This document shows, one piece after another, positions 35,941 to 44,882 of a DNA stretch of 64,000 nucleotides. Under the pieces are notes generated by a model, which saw only the letters and a program-made list of their open reading frames with translations, did not search any database and had not been told where the DNA came from. The position numbers and the translations under genes are program-made. Position 1 is the first letter of the stretch. Every line of letters starts with the position of its first letter. The stretch comes from Vulcanimicrobiota bacterium (GTDB lineage: Bacteria > Vulcanimicrobiota > Vulcanimicrobiia > Vulcanimicrobiales > Vulcanimicrobiaceae), in assembly GCA_963795465.1 (NCBI GenBank), contig CAWCHT010000002.1, positions 405,178 to 469,177 on the forward strand. The letters run 5' to 3'.

Positions 35941-36133
35941 AGAACGCTCGGCACTCAACCGGAATAGCGCAAAGAAAGAGCGCGGGGCGATCTTCCGTCG
36001 CGCAGGCTCCGACATTTTTGCGCCGGCCCGGATGGCCGCTTCAAAACTCGTTTTCGCAAAAATGCGGTGCAGCGGGAAAATTTACAGGATGTGAATTCTC
36101 CCAGCGCCTGCGCGACGGAGGATCGAGCCGCGT

Positions 36134-37138
36134 ATGTTAATCGTTTACGATGAGCTGTACGCCGAGCATCTGCGCGGCATTCCGCATCCCGAATCGCCGG
36201 ATCGCGTAACGGCGGTCGCTCAGGCAGTGCGCGACCGCGCGCCGTTTTACGCCGCGCGCGATGCTTCCGAGGAAGAACTGGAGCGCGTGCACGGCTCGCA
36301 GTACGTGGCGCTGGTGCGCGACGAAGTCGCCGCGCTGCGCGGCCGTGCCGGATATCTCTCAACCGGCGACACGGTGGTGGACGAAGGATCGTTAGCCGTA
36401 GCGGTGCGCGCAGCGGGCGGCGCGATCGTTGCAGCCGAAAAAGCGTACGCGGACCAATGCGCGACGTTTGCGCTAGTACGCCCGCCGGGGCACCATGCGG
36501 AGAGCGCGCGCGGCATGGGATTCTGCGTGTTCAACAACGCCGCGGTGGCCGCTCGCGCCATCCAGTCGCAAACCGGAGCTCGCGTCCTCATTGCGGATTT
36601 CGATTATCACCACGGGAACGGCACGCAGGCCGTTAGCGGCAACGGTTTATCGTACGTTTCGGCGCACGGCTATCCGGCGTATCCCGGGACCGGCGGCGCG
36701 CACGAAAATTACGCGCTCGAAAAGCGCAACGTCATCGCGAATTTACCGCTTCCCGCGCACGCGCTCGGAACGGAAGCCTTCGTTGCCGCCTGGGAAGCGC
36801 TGTTGCCGCGCGTCATGCGCTTTGTGCGGCCCGACATGCTTGTGGTGAGCGCCGGATTCGACTACGTCGCCGGCGATCCGGTGGGCGATCTCGGAGTAGA
36901 GGTCGCTGCAGCGGGCCATCTTGCCGCACTGATCGCGCAGGCCGCCGTCACGCATTGCAACGGGCGCGTTAGTTACGTGCTGGAGGGCGGTTACGATACG
37001 CAGGCGCTTTCGGCATCCGTAAGCGCCATCGTTACGGCTCACGATCGCGGCGCCGCAAAAAGCAGCGCAGCGCAGTTTCAATCGATACCGAAAACGCAGC
37101 AGGCGGTCTTGGACCGCATCGATACGGCCCTGCGCTAA
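36134..37138 (+). CDS. histone deacetylase family (acetoin utilisation/acetylpolyamine amidohydrolase-like)
   Basis: Motifs HPESPDR, RPPGHHA, DFDYHHGNGTQ, EGGY. Confidence 0.88.
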   Translation: MLIVYDELYAEHLRGIPHPESPDRVTAVAQAVRDRAPFYAARDASEEELERVHGSQYVALVRDEVAALRGRAGYLSTGDTVVDEGSLAVAVRAAGGAIVAAEKAYADQCATFALVRPPGHHAESARGMGFCVFNNAAVAARAIQSQTGARVLIADFDYHHGNGTQAVSGNGLSYVSAHGYPAYPGTGGAHENYALEKRNVIANLPLPAHALGTEAFVAAWEALLPRVMRFVRPDMLVVSAGFDYVAGDPVGDLGVEVAAAGHLAALIAQAAVTHCNGRVSYVLEGGYDTQALSASVSAIVTAHDRGAAKSSAAQFQSIPKTQQAVLDRIDTALR

Positions 37139-38151
37139 ACCGAAGAGGCGATGCGCGTCATCTCGCCGCGCGAAAGTTCGCCCACCAGCGCGAAATGCAG
37201 ATTCCCGCGCGCCCATGCCAGCAGCGTCGTCGGGCCGTCGAGTACGTATTGCGCCGGGCTTGCGTTGACGCTGGTTTGATCGACGGTATAGCGGCTCAAA
37301 TCGACGGCGGATCCGCGCGCGTTCTCGAACAGCGAAACGGTGCGCAAGCCGTCTGAATACAGCAGATGCAGCATGCGGACGCCTTTGACCTCGCTCACGT
37401 CGCCGGCAATTGGAACGAAGCCTTCGGGCAAGTATTGCGGCCCGCGCGCGGCAAAACCGGCTTGTTGCACTACGGAGCGCAGATCGCTCGACGGTATCCC
37501 GTGATTGGGACCGTTCACGCGCTGGTATCCGGAAGCGGGAACGGTGAACAAACCGACGGGCAACGCATTGGTGTAGCGGATGTTTTCGAAGTGCATCTGA
37601 TGCGAAACCGAACCGGAGGCCGAATAGCGTTCCTTTTCAAGCACCAGTTTGGTTTGCGCATCCAACGAAACGCGCATGACCGTCTCGCCGTTGAATTTGT
37701 TCACCAGCAGCACGGAAAACGCGCGGCGGCCGGCTACGTTATCTTCGGGCCCCATGACGGCGCGATAGTTGTGCAGCAGCAGTCCGAAATTATCGTCTTC
37801 GGCGACCTGGTCGTCGATGGCGTCATCCCGCGCCACGATCACCCGGTGATGGTGCGTGTCGATCGCGTAACTCGTATCGCCTTTGCCGATAATCGAATCG
37901 CCGTACAACGATTCGGGCGCCAGATACCAGCGGCGCGTTGCGTCGGGCGCGCGATGCTCGATGTGAAAGAGCACCGCGTCGGCGCGATTCGTGCCGAAGT
38001 CGACGTTCTGCACTTGACCGACGTACGAGAGTTTTGAATAGGCGGAAACGGCGTCGCGCAGCAGTTGCGTTGCGTCCTGACCGCTCGCGCGCCCGGAGCC
38101 GGCAAAGGCAGCGATCGCGCCGCTGAGCAGAAGAACCGCGGCGGCCCGCAC
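37135..38151 (-). CDS. MucB/RseB-like (LolA-fold) sigma-E regulatory protein
   Basis: It is the third gene of the sigma/anti-sigma operon. The GTG at 38151 follows the anti-sigma stop. A signal-like N-terminus is followed by two domains. The call rests on family resemblance. Confidence 0.6.
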   Translation of the reverse strand: MRAAAVLLLSGAIAAFAGSGRASGQDATQLLRDAVSAYSKLSYVGQVQNVDFGTNRADAVLFHIEHRAPDATRRWYLAPESLYGDSIIGKGDTSYAIDTHHHRVIVARDDAIDDQVAEDDNFGLLLHNYRAVMGPEDNVAGRRAFSVLLVNKFNGETVMRVSLDAQTKLVLEKERYSASGSVSHQMHFENIRYTNALPVGLFTVPASGYQRVNGPNHGIPSSDLRSVVQQAGFAARGPQYLPEGFVPIAGDVSEVKGVRMLHLLYSDGLRTVSLFENARGSAVDLSRYTVDQTSVNASPAQYVLDGPTTLLAWARGNLHFALVGELSRGEMTRIASSV

Positions 38152-38152
38152 G

Positions 38153-38674
38153 TTACGGATAGATCGCCGCCGTTCCGAATGCCGCAGCTTCAATCGTGAC
38201 GCCGGGCTGCCGGACGGAGGAGGTTCCGGTTTCCAGGTCGGTCGGACTGGAAGCATTGCGGTCGCTGAACGGCATTGTCGAGTTCATGTCATCGTGATCG
38301 CGCAGGTAGTAGGCTGCCTCGATCGAGGGAGCGCCGTGCGGTCCCAGATACGCAACGCCAAGGTAAGCCGCTAGTGCCACGGCAGCCATTGCCGGAAAGG
38401 CTACCGCCGGTCGAAACCACTGTGCTGCGGACCAGCGGTTTGGGCGCCCGGAACGCACGCGGTCCCAAATTTCGGCTTTCACCGAGGAGGGCAGATCGCG
38501 CTCGCGGGCGGCAGCATACGCCCGCAATCCTTCGGTGATTGCGGCTTCGGCTTCGAATTCGCTGCGGCACGCATCGCAGTGTTCGATATGCGCGTACACC
38601 GCAGCGTCTTCTTGCGGCGAAAGTGCTCCATGCATGTAGTCGATCAGCGTGTCATTGTTCAAGTGCGGCATCAT
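38153..38674 (-). CDS. anti-sigma factor (zf-HC2 type), single-pass membrane
   Basis: The zinc motif is H-x3-C-x2-C in YAHIEHCDACRSEF, and the TM is AVAFPAMAAVALAAYLGVAYL. The ATG overlaps the sigma stop (ATGA). Confidence 0.8.
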   Translation of the reverse strand: MMPHLNNDTLIDYMHGALSPQEDAAVYAHIEHCDACRSEFEAEAAITEGLRAYAAARERDLPSSVKAEIWDRVRSGRPNRWSAAQWFRPAVAFPAMAAVALAAYLGVAYLGPHGAPSIEAAYYLRDHDDMNSTMPFSDRNASSPTDLETGTSSVRQPGVTIEAAAFGTAAIYP

Positions 38675-39234
38675 GATTGTTGTTGTCTCTGTACCAAACG
38701 TCGTAGCAACGCTCGCGCGCGGTGGAGGCGCGAGCGGACGGTTCCGATCGAGCACCCCATGATTTCCGAGATTTCCTGATAACTGTACTCCTCGATGTCC
38801 GCCAGCACGATGACTTGGCGCTGCTCGGGTGAGAGTTGCTCCAGCGATCGCGCGAGCGGTTCGCTGAGCTGTTCGTCGACGTAGTCCTCGATGGGCGTTA
38901 CGGCCAGCGTCCGCTGGCGGCGCAGCCCGGCAGGCGCATTGTCTTCGGGAATCTCTTCTTGATAACGTCCCTTCTTGCGCCGAAGTTCATCCCTGTGCAG
39001 ATTCGTTACGATGCGGTAGATCCAGGACAAGAACGAGGTGCCCGGCTGAAAACTACGCCAGGCCCGGTACACACGGATGAAGGCCTCTTGCGTGAGGTCC
39101 CCGGCGTCGGCCTCGTTATGGGTTAGGCGAAAAGCGAAATTGTAAGTTGCCTTGCCGTACTGTCCAATTGCCTGCTCGAGGAAGGCAGCCTGTTCGGGCG
39201 TCGGCGGCTCGACGGGCTTGCGCGGCACTCCCAT
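38671..39234 (-). CDS. ECF (group IV) sigma-70 family factor
   Basis: Region 2 is DAGDLTQEAFIRVYRAW. Region 4 is QRQVIVLADIEEYSYQEISEIMGCSIGTVRSRLHRAR. Confidence 0.9.
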   Translation of the reverse strand: MGVPRKPVEPPTPEQAAFLEQAIGQYGKATYNFAFRLTHNEADAGDLTQEAFIRVYRAWRSFQPGTSFLSWIYRIVTNLHRDELRRKKGRYQEEIPEDNAPAGLRRQRTLAVTPIEDYVDEQLSEPLARSLEQLSPEQRQVIVLADIEEYSYQEISEIMGCSIGTVRSRLHRARALLRRLVQRQQQS

Positions 39235-39433
39235 GAAGGTCTACGGTTTTACCCCTTCGGTAAAGCGGCGCCTTCGCTGAGCGCGTGGGGGCCGTAATTC
39301 CCGGACGAATCTAGCCCGACCGGCCCGTACGCAGGACTGGTATGCCGTCGCGCCTGGCTCGGCTGCTCGGATACGATAAATGCTCGGACAAAGCGCAGGA
39401 GGACGGCATGCGATTGCGAGGGGGGAAGCGGAC

Positions 39434-40327
39434 ATGGCAGCAGTAGCTGCAACGCCGCAGCTCGCGCAACGCGCGACGTTCCGGTTAGCAGGCAGAGCGC
39501 TCGGCGTCGAAGTCGAGGATGAAGCCACCGCCCACATTTTGCGCACCACGTACGCGGATGCCAGGGTCGGCGAGCCGCGAACGGTCCACCACACCGCATC
39601 GCTGCGGCGGTTGGGAGACGGGCGCCTTCACGTCCGTTTCGACCGGCGCTCGCTTCCGTTCGGCGAAGCGGCGTTCACCGATCCGCTGCTTTCGGCGTAT
39701 TACGCGACCAAAGAAGTATTTGCGCGGTTTGCGGTGGCGCACCCCAATGCCATCGCGTTCTATGCGGCCTGCGTCGCGGTCGACGATGCCGCGATTCTGA
39801 TTCTGGGCCCGACCCGAATCGGGAAGACGCTGTTCGCGCTGCACCTGGTCTGTCAGGGCGCGGTCTTCCTGGGCGACGAAACCGCCGTTCTGGAATTGCG
39901 ATCCGGCTGCGTCTCCGCGCTTGCCCGCCGGCCAACCTTGCGCGAAGCGGGATTAGATTTGCTGCCCAACGACGACATGCGCGCGCGCGTTGACGCATGC
40001 GGCCAGTCGTTGAACACCGAACGCGGCCGCTTTTGGTATGCGCTGGGCGCGCAAGATCTTTGCGGCATCGTTCCGAGCGACCGTTCGTATCGCCTGAAAG
40101 CGGTGTGCATCGTGCGCGATCGCGCCGAACAATTCAGCGCGCGCCGGATCGATCTCTCCGAAGCGCTGCCGGCGATCGCGCAGCGCGCGTACGAACGTCC
40201 TTCGCAACTCGGACAGATTTCCGGCCTGCGGCGAGCCATGCGCAACGTTGCATCTTACGAGGTTACGCTGGGACTTCCGCAGGTTTCGGCGGCCGCGTTC
40301 CTAGACGAGTTTCGCTCATGCGGGTGA
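39434..40327 (+). CDS. HPr-kinase-related P-loop protein (HprK-related kinase type), paralog 1
   Basis: Walker A is ILILGPTRIGKTLFAL, followed by FLGDETAVLE as in the HprK C-terminal domain. A purine-rich RBS precedes the ATG at 39434. Confidence 0.6.
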   Translation: MAAVAATPQLAQRATFRLAGRALGVEVEDEATAHILRTTYADARVGEPRTVHHTASLRRLGDGRLHVRFDRRSLPFGEAAFTDPLLSAYYATKEVFARFAVAHPNAIAFYAACVAVDDAAILILGPTRIGKTLFALHLVCQGAVFLGDETAVLELRSGCVSALARRPTLREAGLDLLPNDDMRARVDACGQSLNTERGRFWYALGAQDLCGIVPSDRSYRLKAVCIVRDRAEQFSARRIDLSEALPAIAQRAYERPSQLGQISGLRRAMRNVASYEVTLGLPQVSAAAFLDEFRSCG

Positions 40328-41221
40328 TTCGCGCCGAGCAGTTGATGCGTTCGGGCGACCGGCATGCGGCGCTCGAAGAACACTGCGTGCATCGGGTCAG
40401 CTGCGAGGTCGCAGGCGTGGTGATGGAACTGTGCACCGACGTGCCGGAAGTCGCGCTGCTGTTCGCGCAGCGGTATGCGGACCACCGGCCGACGCGCGCG
40501 GCAGATTTCCAATACTACGTGGCGACGGTTCGCGGCGGATACGCGTTTTGGTGCGCGCATGCAGCGTCATGGCGATGGTCGCAAGGGCCGCTTCCGGCCG
40601 ATGCGATTTTGTTCTTGGCCGACGCGGTATCGATGGCGGCGCTGGTTCGATTCGACTCGCGCATCGCATCATTGCAGGCGGCAGCAGTGGAATACGGAGG
40701 CGTCGCGGCCGCGATCGCCGGGCAGTCGACCACCGGCAAAACCACGACGTTGCTCGCGTGCGCTCGGCGCGGCATGCGAGTGTACTCCGACGAGCGCACC
40801 GTGGTTCGCTCCGGCGTCGTGCATCCGTTTTTACGCCGTTGTTCGATCCGGGCAGCCGGTGCGCGCTTGCTGCTCGCCGAAAACGAGAACGATCGCCTGG
40901 CCGACGCGCTGCGCGTAGCGCCGGAGACTTTCGCTGCGAACCTGTTTCGGAAGCGCCGCGATCGCAGCGCCGCGCCCGCTGCGCGCGCTTTTCGTGCTGA
41001 ACGGAAGCGGCGATTGCGCTGCGCTGGAAGCGATCGATACGGCCAGCGCGCTGCCGGCGATTTCACGTTGGTTCGAAGCGCGCGGCGACATGGTCGATCG
41101 GGTTGCGCGCGCTATCGTCACGCTGCGCGGCGTTTTGTCCTACCGCTTAACGCTGGGCACGCCCGATGAAAGCGCCGCGGCCATCGCGTATGCGCTCAAG
41201 CGCATCGCTGCGGCTTCGTGA
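40318..41221 (+). pseudogene. HPr-kinase-related P-loop protein, paralog 2, frameshifted near 40975
   Basis: Walker A is AIAGQSTTGKTTTLLAC, followed by VYSDERTVV. The C-terminus LRALFVLNGSGDCAALEAIDTASALPAIS...YRLTLGTPDESAAAIAYAL is in the frame of ORF 40994..41221 and aligns with the C-terminus of paralog 1. The span is 904 nt (3n+1). Confidence 0.6.
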
Positions 41222-41514
41222 GGCGGATTCGAACCCGACACTTGTGCGCGTGCATCGCGCTGTGCGATACGATTTTGCTGCTGGCCGGCGTCCCGCTACA
41301 AAAAATGAGTTGGCAGGTTGCCGCGCAGCCCGCTCCGGATCGTCAGTTCGTGACGTATCTGCTGCTCGCCAACGCCGCGTTGCTGGTGCCGGCAGTACTG
41401 GGCTTTTCAGCGACGATGCTGTTGGCGCGCCGCGGCCTTGGCGCGTTGTTCAAGCACGCCGCCAAATTTTTCGCGCGACCCAGCCGAGCGTCAGAAACGA
41501 TGCGATCGCGATGA
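41218..41514 (+). CDS. small putative 2-TM membrane protein
   Basis: The GTG overlaps the kinase stop (GTGA). There are two hydrophobic segments. It overlaps the convergent SCO1 gene by 65 nt, so it is uncertain. Confidence 0.3.
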   Translation: MRRIRTRHLCACIALCDTILLLAGVPLQKMSWQVAAQPAPDRQFVTYLLLANAALLVPAVLGFSATMLLARRGLGALFKHAAKFFARPSRASETMRSR

Positions 41515-42442
41515 TCAAAAACGCGACCGTCTCCAGCAGCACGACGCCGGCGAACTGACTTCCGCCGCAGAGCGCGATTGCGCTCGCAACCATCGCCAGT
41601 CGAAAGCGACCGATTGGACTCGACGCCATTCCGGCCAAGTGCGCGATTTGCGCATTGAGCGCATCGGCGGTGAAGCCGGTAGTTTGAACGATGTCCGCAA
41701 CCTTTCCGTCGGGCGTGGTCAAGAACACTTTGTCGTTGTGGATGAAGTTGGCGTCGCCCTCAGGGAGCGACGAGATTCCGAAGCGATCCAGCAGATGCTG
41801 GACTTCGTGCTGCTGCCCGGTAACGATCGACCACGCCGAAGCGTCGGCGCCGAATTGCTGCGCGTATCGCCGAATCACCCACGGCGAATCGTATGCCGGA
41901 TCGAGCGTCATTTCGATCAAGTGCACGCGGCTGGGATCGATACGCCGCTGTAGTGCGGCAAATTTAGCGCTGAGCGCCGGGCATTCGTCCTTGTCGGGGC
42001 AACGCGTGAAGATAAACGTGAGCACGAGCACTTTGCCGCGAAAGTCCGTCGCCAAATCGACGAATTTGCCGTGCTGATCGACAAGCCGGGTGCGCGGCAA
42101 AGCGGAACCGTAATCGATTGGAAATACTTTGCCGCTTTCCGGTAAGCCGGGAACGAAACGCGCCGCAACGGCGGCATCGTAGAGTCGCCACGGACGGTGC
42201 GCGCGATCGAGAAAGCCGTCGATGCCGGTGCCCGATGGCGCGGTGATTGTGGGCGTGAGCTGAACCGCGCGGGTTTGCGCCGGCAGCATGCCGGTCACCG
42301 CATCGATTCGAACGACGGCGCGGTCGTTCGCCGACGTAAGCAGTGCTCCGTGCACGGGCACGGCTTCCGCTGACGCCCGCGCAGGTACGCCCAGTACGGC
42401 CAGCAGAGCGAGCGCCGCACAGCGGCGCGAAAACAGACGCAT
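41450..42442 (-). CDS. SCO1/SenC-like thioredoxin-fold protein with C-terminal TM segments
   Basis: A signal peptide, then VLVLTFIFTRCPDKDECP (a Cys pair with an insertion relative to CxxxC), then the SCO fold and a hydrophobic tail. Confidence 0.7.
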   Translation of the reverse strand: MRLFSRRCAALALLAVLGVPARASAEAVPVHGALLTSANDRAVVRIDAVTGMLPAQTRAVQLTPTITAPSGTGIDGFLDRAHRPWRLYDAAVAARFVPGLPESGKVFPIDYGSALPRTRLVDQHGKFVDLATDFRGKVLVLTFIFTRCPDKDECPALSAKFAALQRRIDPSRVHLIEMTLDPAYDSPWVIRRYAQQFGADASAWSIVTGQQHEVQHLLDRFGISSLPEGDANFIHNDKVFLTTPDGKVADIVQTTGFTADALNAQIAHLAGMASSPIGRFRLAMVASAIALCGGSQFAGVVLLETVAFLIIAIASFLTLGWVARKIWRRA

Positions 42443-42448
42443 GCGCTC

Positions 42449-43003
42449 TTACTCTACTACCGCTCGGAAATCGTGCGCAACGGCATTCAGCGGCGTGGCG
42501 GGTTCCAAGATTTCCAGCATACGGCCCTGCCCGTCCAGCACGTACACGTAGTCCGAGTGCGCGATATCGCCGCGTTGCGGCTGCACTGCGACGCCGTAAG
42601 CGCGATAAACGGGTGCGAGCGCAATCGGGGAACCGGTCAGCCCAATCGCTTGCACGCCGATGCGTTGGAAAAACCTTTGCAGCGCTCGAGGCGAGTCGCG
42701 CTGCGGATCGACGCTGACCATGACGATCGCGAGTTGTCGCGCCGTTAGACCTGCGCGTTCCCGAGCTCGAGCGAGCTTCGAAAGCGTTTGCGGACAAACG
42801 TCACGGCAGTGCGTGAATCCAAAATACACCGCCGCCGGATGCGCTGCGCTTTGCCCAAGCACGTAGGTCGCATTTCGCTGATCCGTCAATGCGAACGCCG
42901 GTACTTTGCGCGGCGGCGAGAAAACGGTGCCGTGCAGCGCGGCCCGGTGCGAGCATGAAACCAGTACGACGCAGGCCAGTGCGAGGGGGAGAAACCGTCC
43001 CAT
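42449..43003 (-). CDS. SCO1/SenC family copper chaperone
   Basis: Lipoprotein-like signal MGRFLPLALACVVLVSCS, FGFTHCRDVCP (CxxxC), and a downstream His in IAHSDYVYVLD. Confidence 0.8.
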   Translation of the reverse strand: MGRFLPLALACVVLVSCSHRAALHGTVFSPPRKVPAFALTDQRNATYVLGQSAAHPAAVYFGFTHCRDVCPQTLSKLARARERAGLTARQLAIVMVSVDPQRDSPRALQRFFQRIGVQAIGLTGSPIALAPVYRAYGVAVQPQRGDIAHSDYVYVLDGQGRMLEILEPATPLNAVAHDFRAVVE

Positions 43004-43021
43004 CAGCCTTACAATAAGTTG

Positions 43022-43468
43022 ATGCGCCGCGTTCAAGCCGTGACTTTTGCCGTTCGCGTGCTCGTGGGCGCCATGTTCGTTGTGGCCGGTGCAACCAAAA
43101 TCGGACATTTCAACGACTTCGCGGCCGCGATTGCCGGGTTTCGCATCCTGCCGCCTTCCGCGATCGGGCCGCTCGCGGTCTTTTTGCCGTTTTTCGAAGT
43201 CGGATTGGGCCTCTATCTCCTGCTTGGGTTGTTTACCCGGGCCGGCGCAATCGTCGCGGGAGCGCAGCTGCTGGTCTACGGGGGTGCCGTTGCATCGGCG
43301 GCCATTCGCCATTTGCCGGCTACTTGCGGATGCTTCGGGCCGGCGGATCGTGCGAAAGCCGATTGGCCGCACGCAGCGGGAGATTTTGCGCTGGCGTTGG
43401 TCTGCGCGTTCCTGGTTTGGCGGGGACCGGGCATCTGGGCACTCGACCGTCGAATGGGGAACCGATGA
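43022..43468 (+). CDS. MauE/DoxX family membrane protein
   Basis: Four TM helices and CGCFG near the C-terminus. A TTG at 43019 is the alternative start. Confidence 0.7.
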   Translation: MRRVQAVTFAVRVLVGAMFVVAGATKIGHFNDFAAAIAGFRILPPSAIGPLAVFLPFFEVGLGLYLLLGLFTRAGAIVAGAQLLVYGGAVASAAIRHLPATCGCFGPADRAKADWPHAAGDFALALVCAFLVWRGPGIWALDRRMGNR

Positions 43469-44025
43469 ACCGGCGCACTCTCGCTTTCTGCATTACCGCG
43501 GCGCTTATCGTTGCGGCAATCGTGCTCGCCATTCGCTATTCGCATACGGGCGTCACGAGCAGCGCAACCCAGTCGCCCATCGTCGGGAGCGCGCACGTCG
43601 GCGGCACGGCGCCTGAATTTACGGCGGCAACGAATCACGGCTATTTCGATCTCGCCAAAACCGCCAGGCCGGTTTTTCTTGAAGTGTTCGCGACGTGGTG
43701 TCCGCATTGCCAGCGCGAAACTGTTGTCATCGATCGTTTGTACGCGCGCTACAAAGACCGCATGGATTTCGTCGGCGTTTCCGGCAGCGCCACCGGCATG
43801 GACGCGCAGTCGCCTTCAAGCGAACAAGACGTGATGAATTTCGTCGACGCGACGCACGCGCAGTATCCGGTTGCCTACGATGGTTCGTTGGCCGTCGCGC
43901 ATGCATACCTGCAAGGCGGATTTCCAACCCTGGTTGTCATTGATAGCCGAAAGGTCGTGCGTTATCTTTCGAGCGGCGAGGTTCCTTACGGCGAATTGAG
44001 CGCCGCAATCCAAAAAGTTATTTAG
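43465..44025 (+). CDS. TlpA-like thioredoxin-fold thiol:disulfide oxidoreductase, membrane anchored
   Basis: A TM anchor, then PVFLEVFATWCPHCQRE. The ATG overlaps the previous stop. Confidence 0.82.
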   Translation: MNRRTLAFCITAALIVAAIVLAIRYSHTGVTSSATQSPIVGSAHVGGTAPEFTAATNHGYFDLAKTARPVFLEVFATWCPHCQRETVVIDRLYARYKDRMDFVGVSGSATGMDAQSPSSEQDVMNFVDATHAQYPVAYDGSLAVAHAYLQGGFPTLVVIDSRKVVRYLSSGEVPYGELSAAIQKVI

Positions 44026-44336
44026 GTTGAAGTGAGCCCGTCGCGGAAGGCAATCGCTTCGAGTTCGACCCGGACCGCATCATCAATTGGAATGACCGGC
44101 CGTGCCTCGAACACAAAAGCGGGAAGCATCGAGCAAAACTTGTGAACGGCCGTCGGATCATCGCAGTCCAGTAACATATAACCACCCCAGTCACCAACGC
44201 GAATCACGAACAACTCAATCTTGAAATTGCCGGGTGCCTTCCATTTCGTGAAGACCTCTAGGATCCGCTTCTGCGCGTTTTCATACTCCATGGGCGAACC
44301 CTGTGGACGCTCTGTCCATGTCAGCATGTACTTCAA
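44022..44336 (-). CDS. DUF3303-like small protein
   Basis: MKYMLTWTERPQGSPMEYENAQKRILEVFTKWKAP... This is a family resemblance recalled from memory. Confidence 0.5.
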   Translation of the reverse strand: MKYMLTWTERPQGSPMEYENAQKRILEVFTKWKAPGNFKIELFVIRVGDWGGYMLLDCDDPTAVHKFCSMLPAFVFEARPVIPIDDAVRVELEAIAFRDGLTST

Positions 44337-44494
44337 GGGTCACCTCCGGTTCGAGTCGTGAACTTGATTGTCTGCGTACCAGGTGATATGCGACTTTCTA
44401 CGTTCTTACTTGAAACGAGTAGTAGTCCTCCGGCAAACCGTGGCGTCCGGCCCGACGCCCCCGGCTCAGGCTCCGTACCGGCTCGGATCCGCGG

Positions 44495-44866
44495 TTAGGG
44501 ATTGCTAGGCTTGGCTAGCCACGCGCTCATCTGTGCGATCTCGGCCTGCTGCGCCGAGATGATACGCATCGCCAGCGCGCGAACCTTCGCATCTTTTCCG
44601 TAGCGCAGTTCAGCACGTGCCATCTGCACAGCGCCTTGATGGTGCGGAATCATGGCGAGCAAGAAATCGCGATCCGCATCGCCGGTGAAGCGTGCCTTGT
44701 TCATCGCGCTGTGCATGGTCATCATACTGTTTATGTATGCGCGATCGGCCGGCGAAGCCGCCCGTATTGAAGATTGGTGCATCGGGCTGTCCGGCGTGAC
44801 TTGTGCCACGGCAGCGACGGGCAGCGCAATTGCAGCCACAAGCGCAGGAAGCAGACGGCGATTCAT
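44495..44866 (-). CDS. DUF305 family protein (four-helix, metal-related), secreted
   Basis: A signal peptide from the ATG at 44866, and the MIPHHQGAVQMA motif. Confidence 0.75.
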   Translation of the reverse strand: MNRRLLPALVAAIALPVAAVAQVTPDSPMHQSSIRAASPADRAYINSMMTMHSAMNKARFTGDADRDFLLAMIPHHQGAVQMARAELRYGKDAKVRALAMRIISAQQAEIAQMSAWLAKPSNP

Positions 44867-44882
44867 GGCGGAAGATCCTTTC

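Noticed and set aside
39343-39447. A 34-aa ORF (MPSRLARLLGYDKCSDKAQEDGMRLRGGKRTWQQ) in the sigma/kinase intergenic region, as a possible precursor peptide.
   Set aside because: It has no RBS, overlaps the kinase start, has a composition typical of a random high-GC ORF, and nothing supports its conservation.
39434-41221. HprK-like kinases as part of a lasso-peptide or other RiPP cluster.
   Set aside because: No lasso cyclase (Asn-synthetase-like), transglutaminase-like protease, PqqD/RRE, ATP-grasp or radical-SAM gene is adjacent, and no convincing precursor ORF is present.
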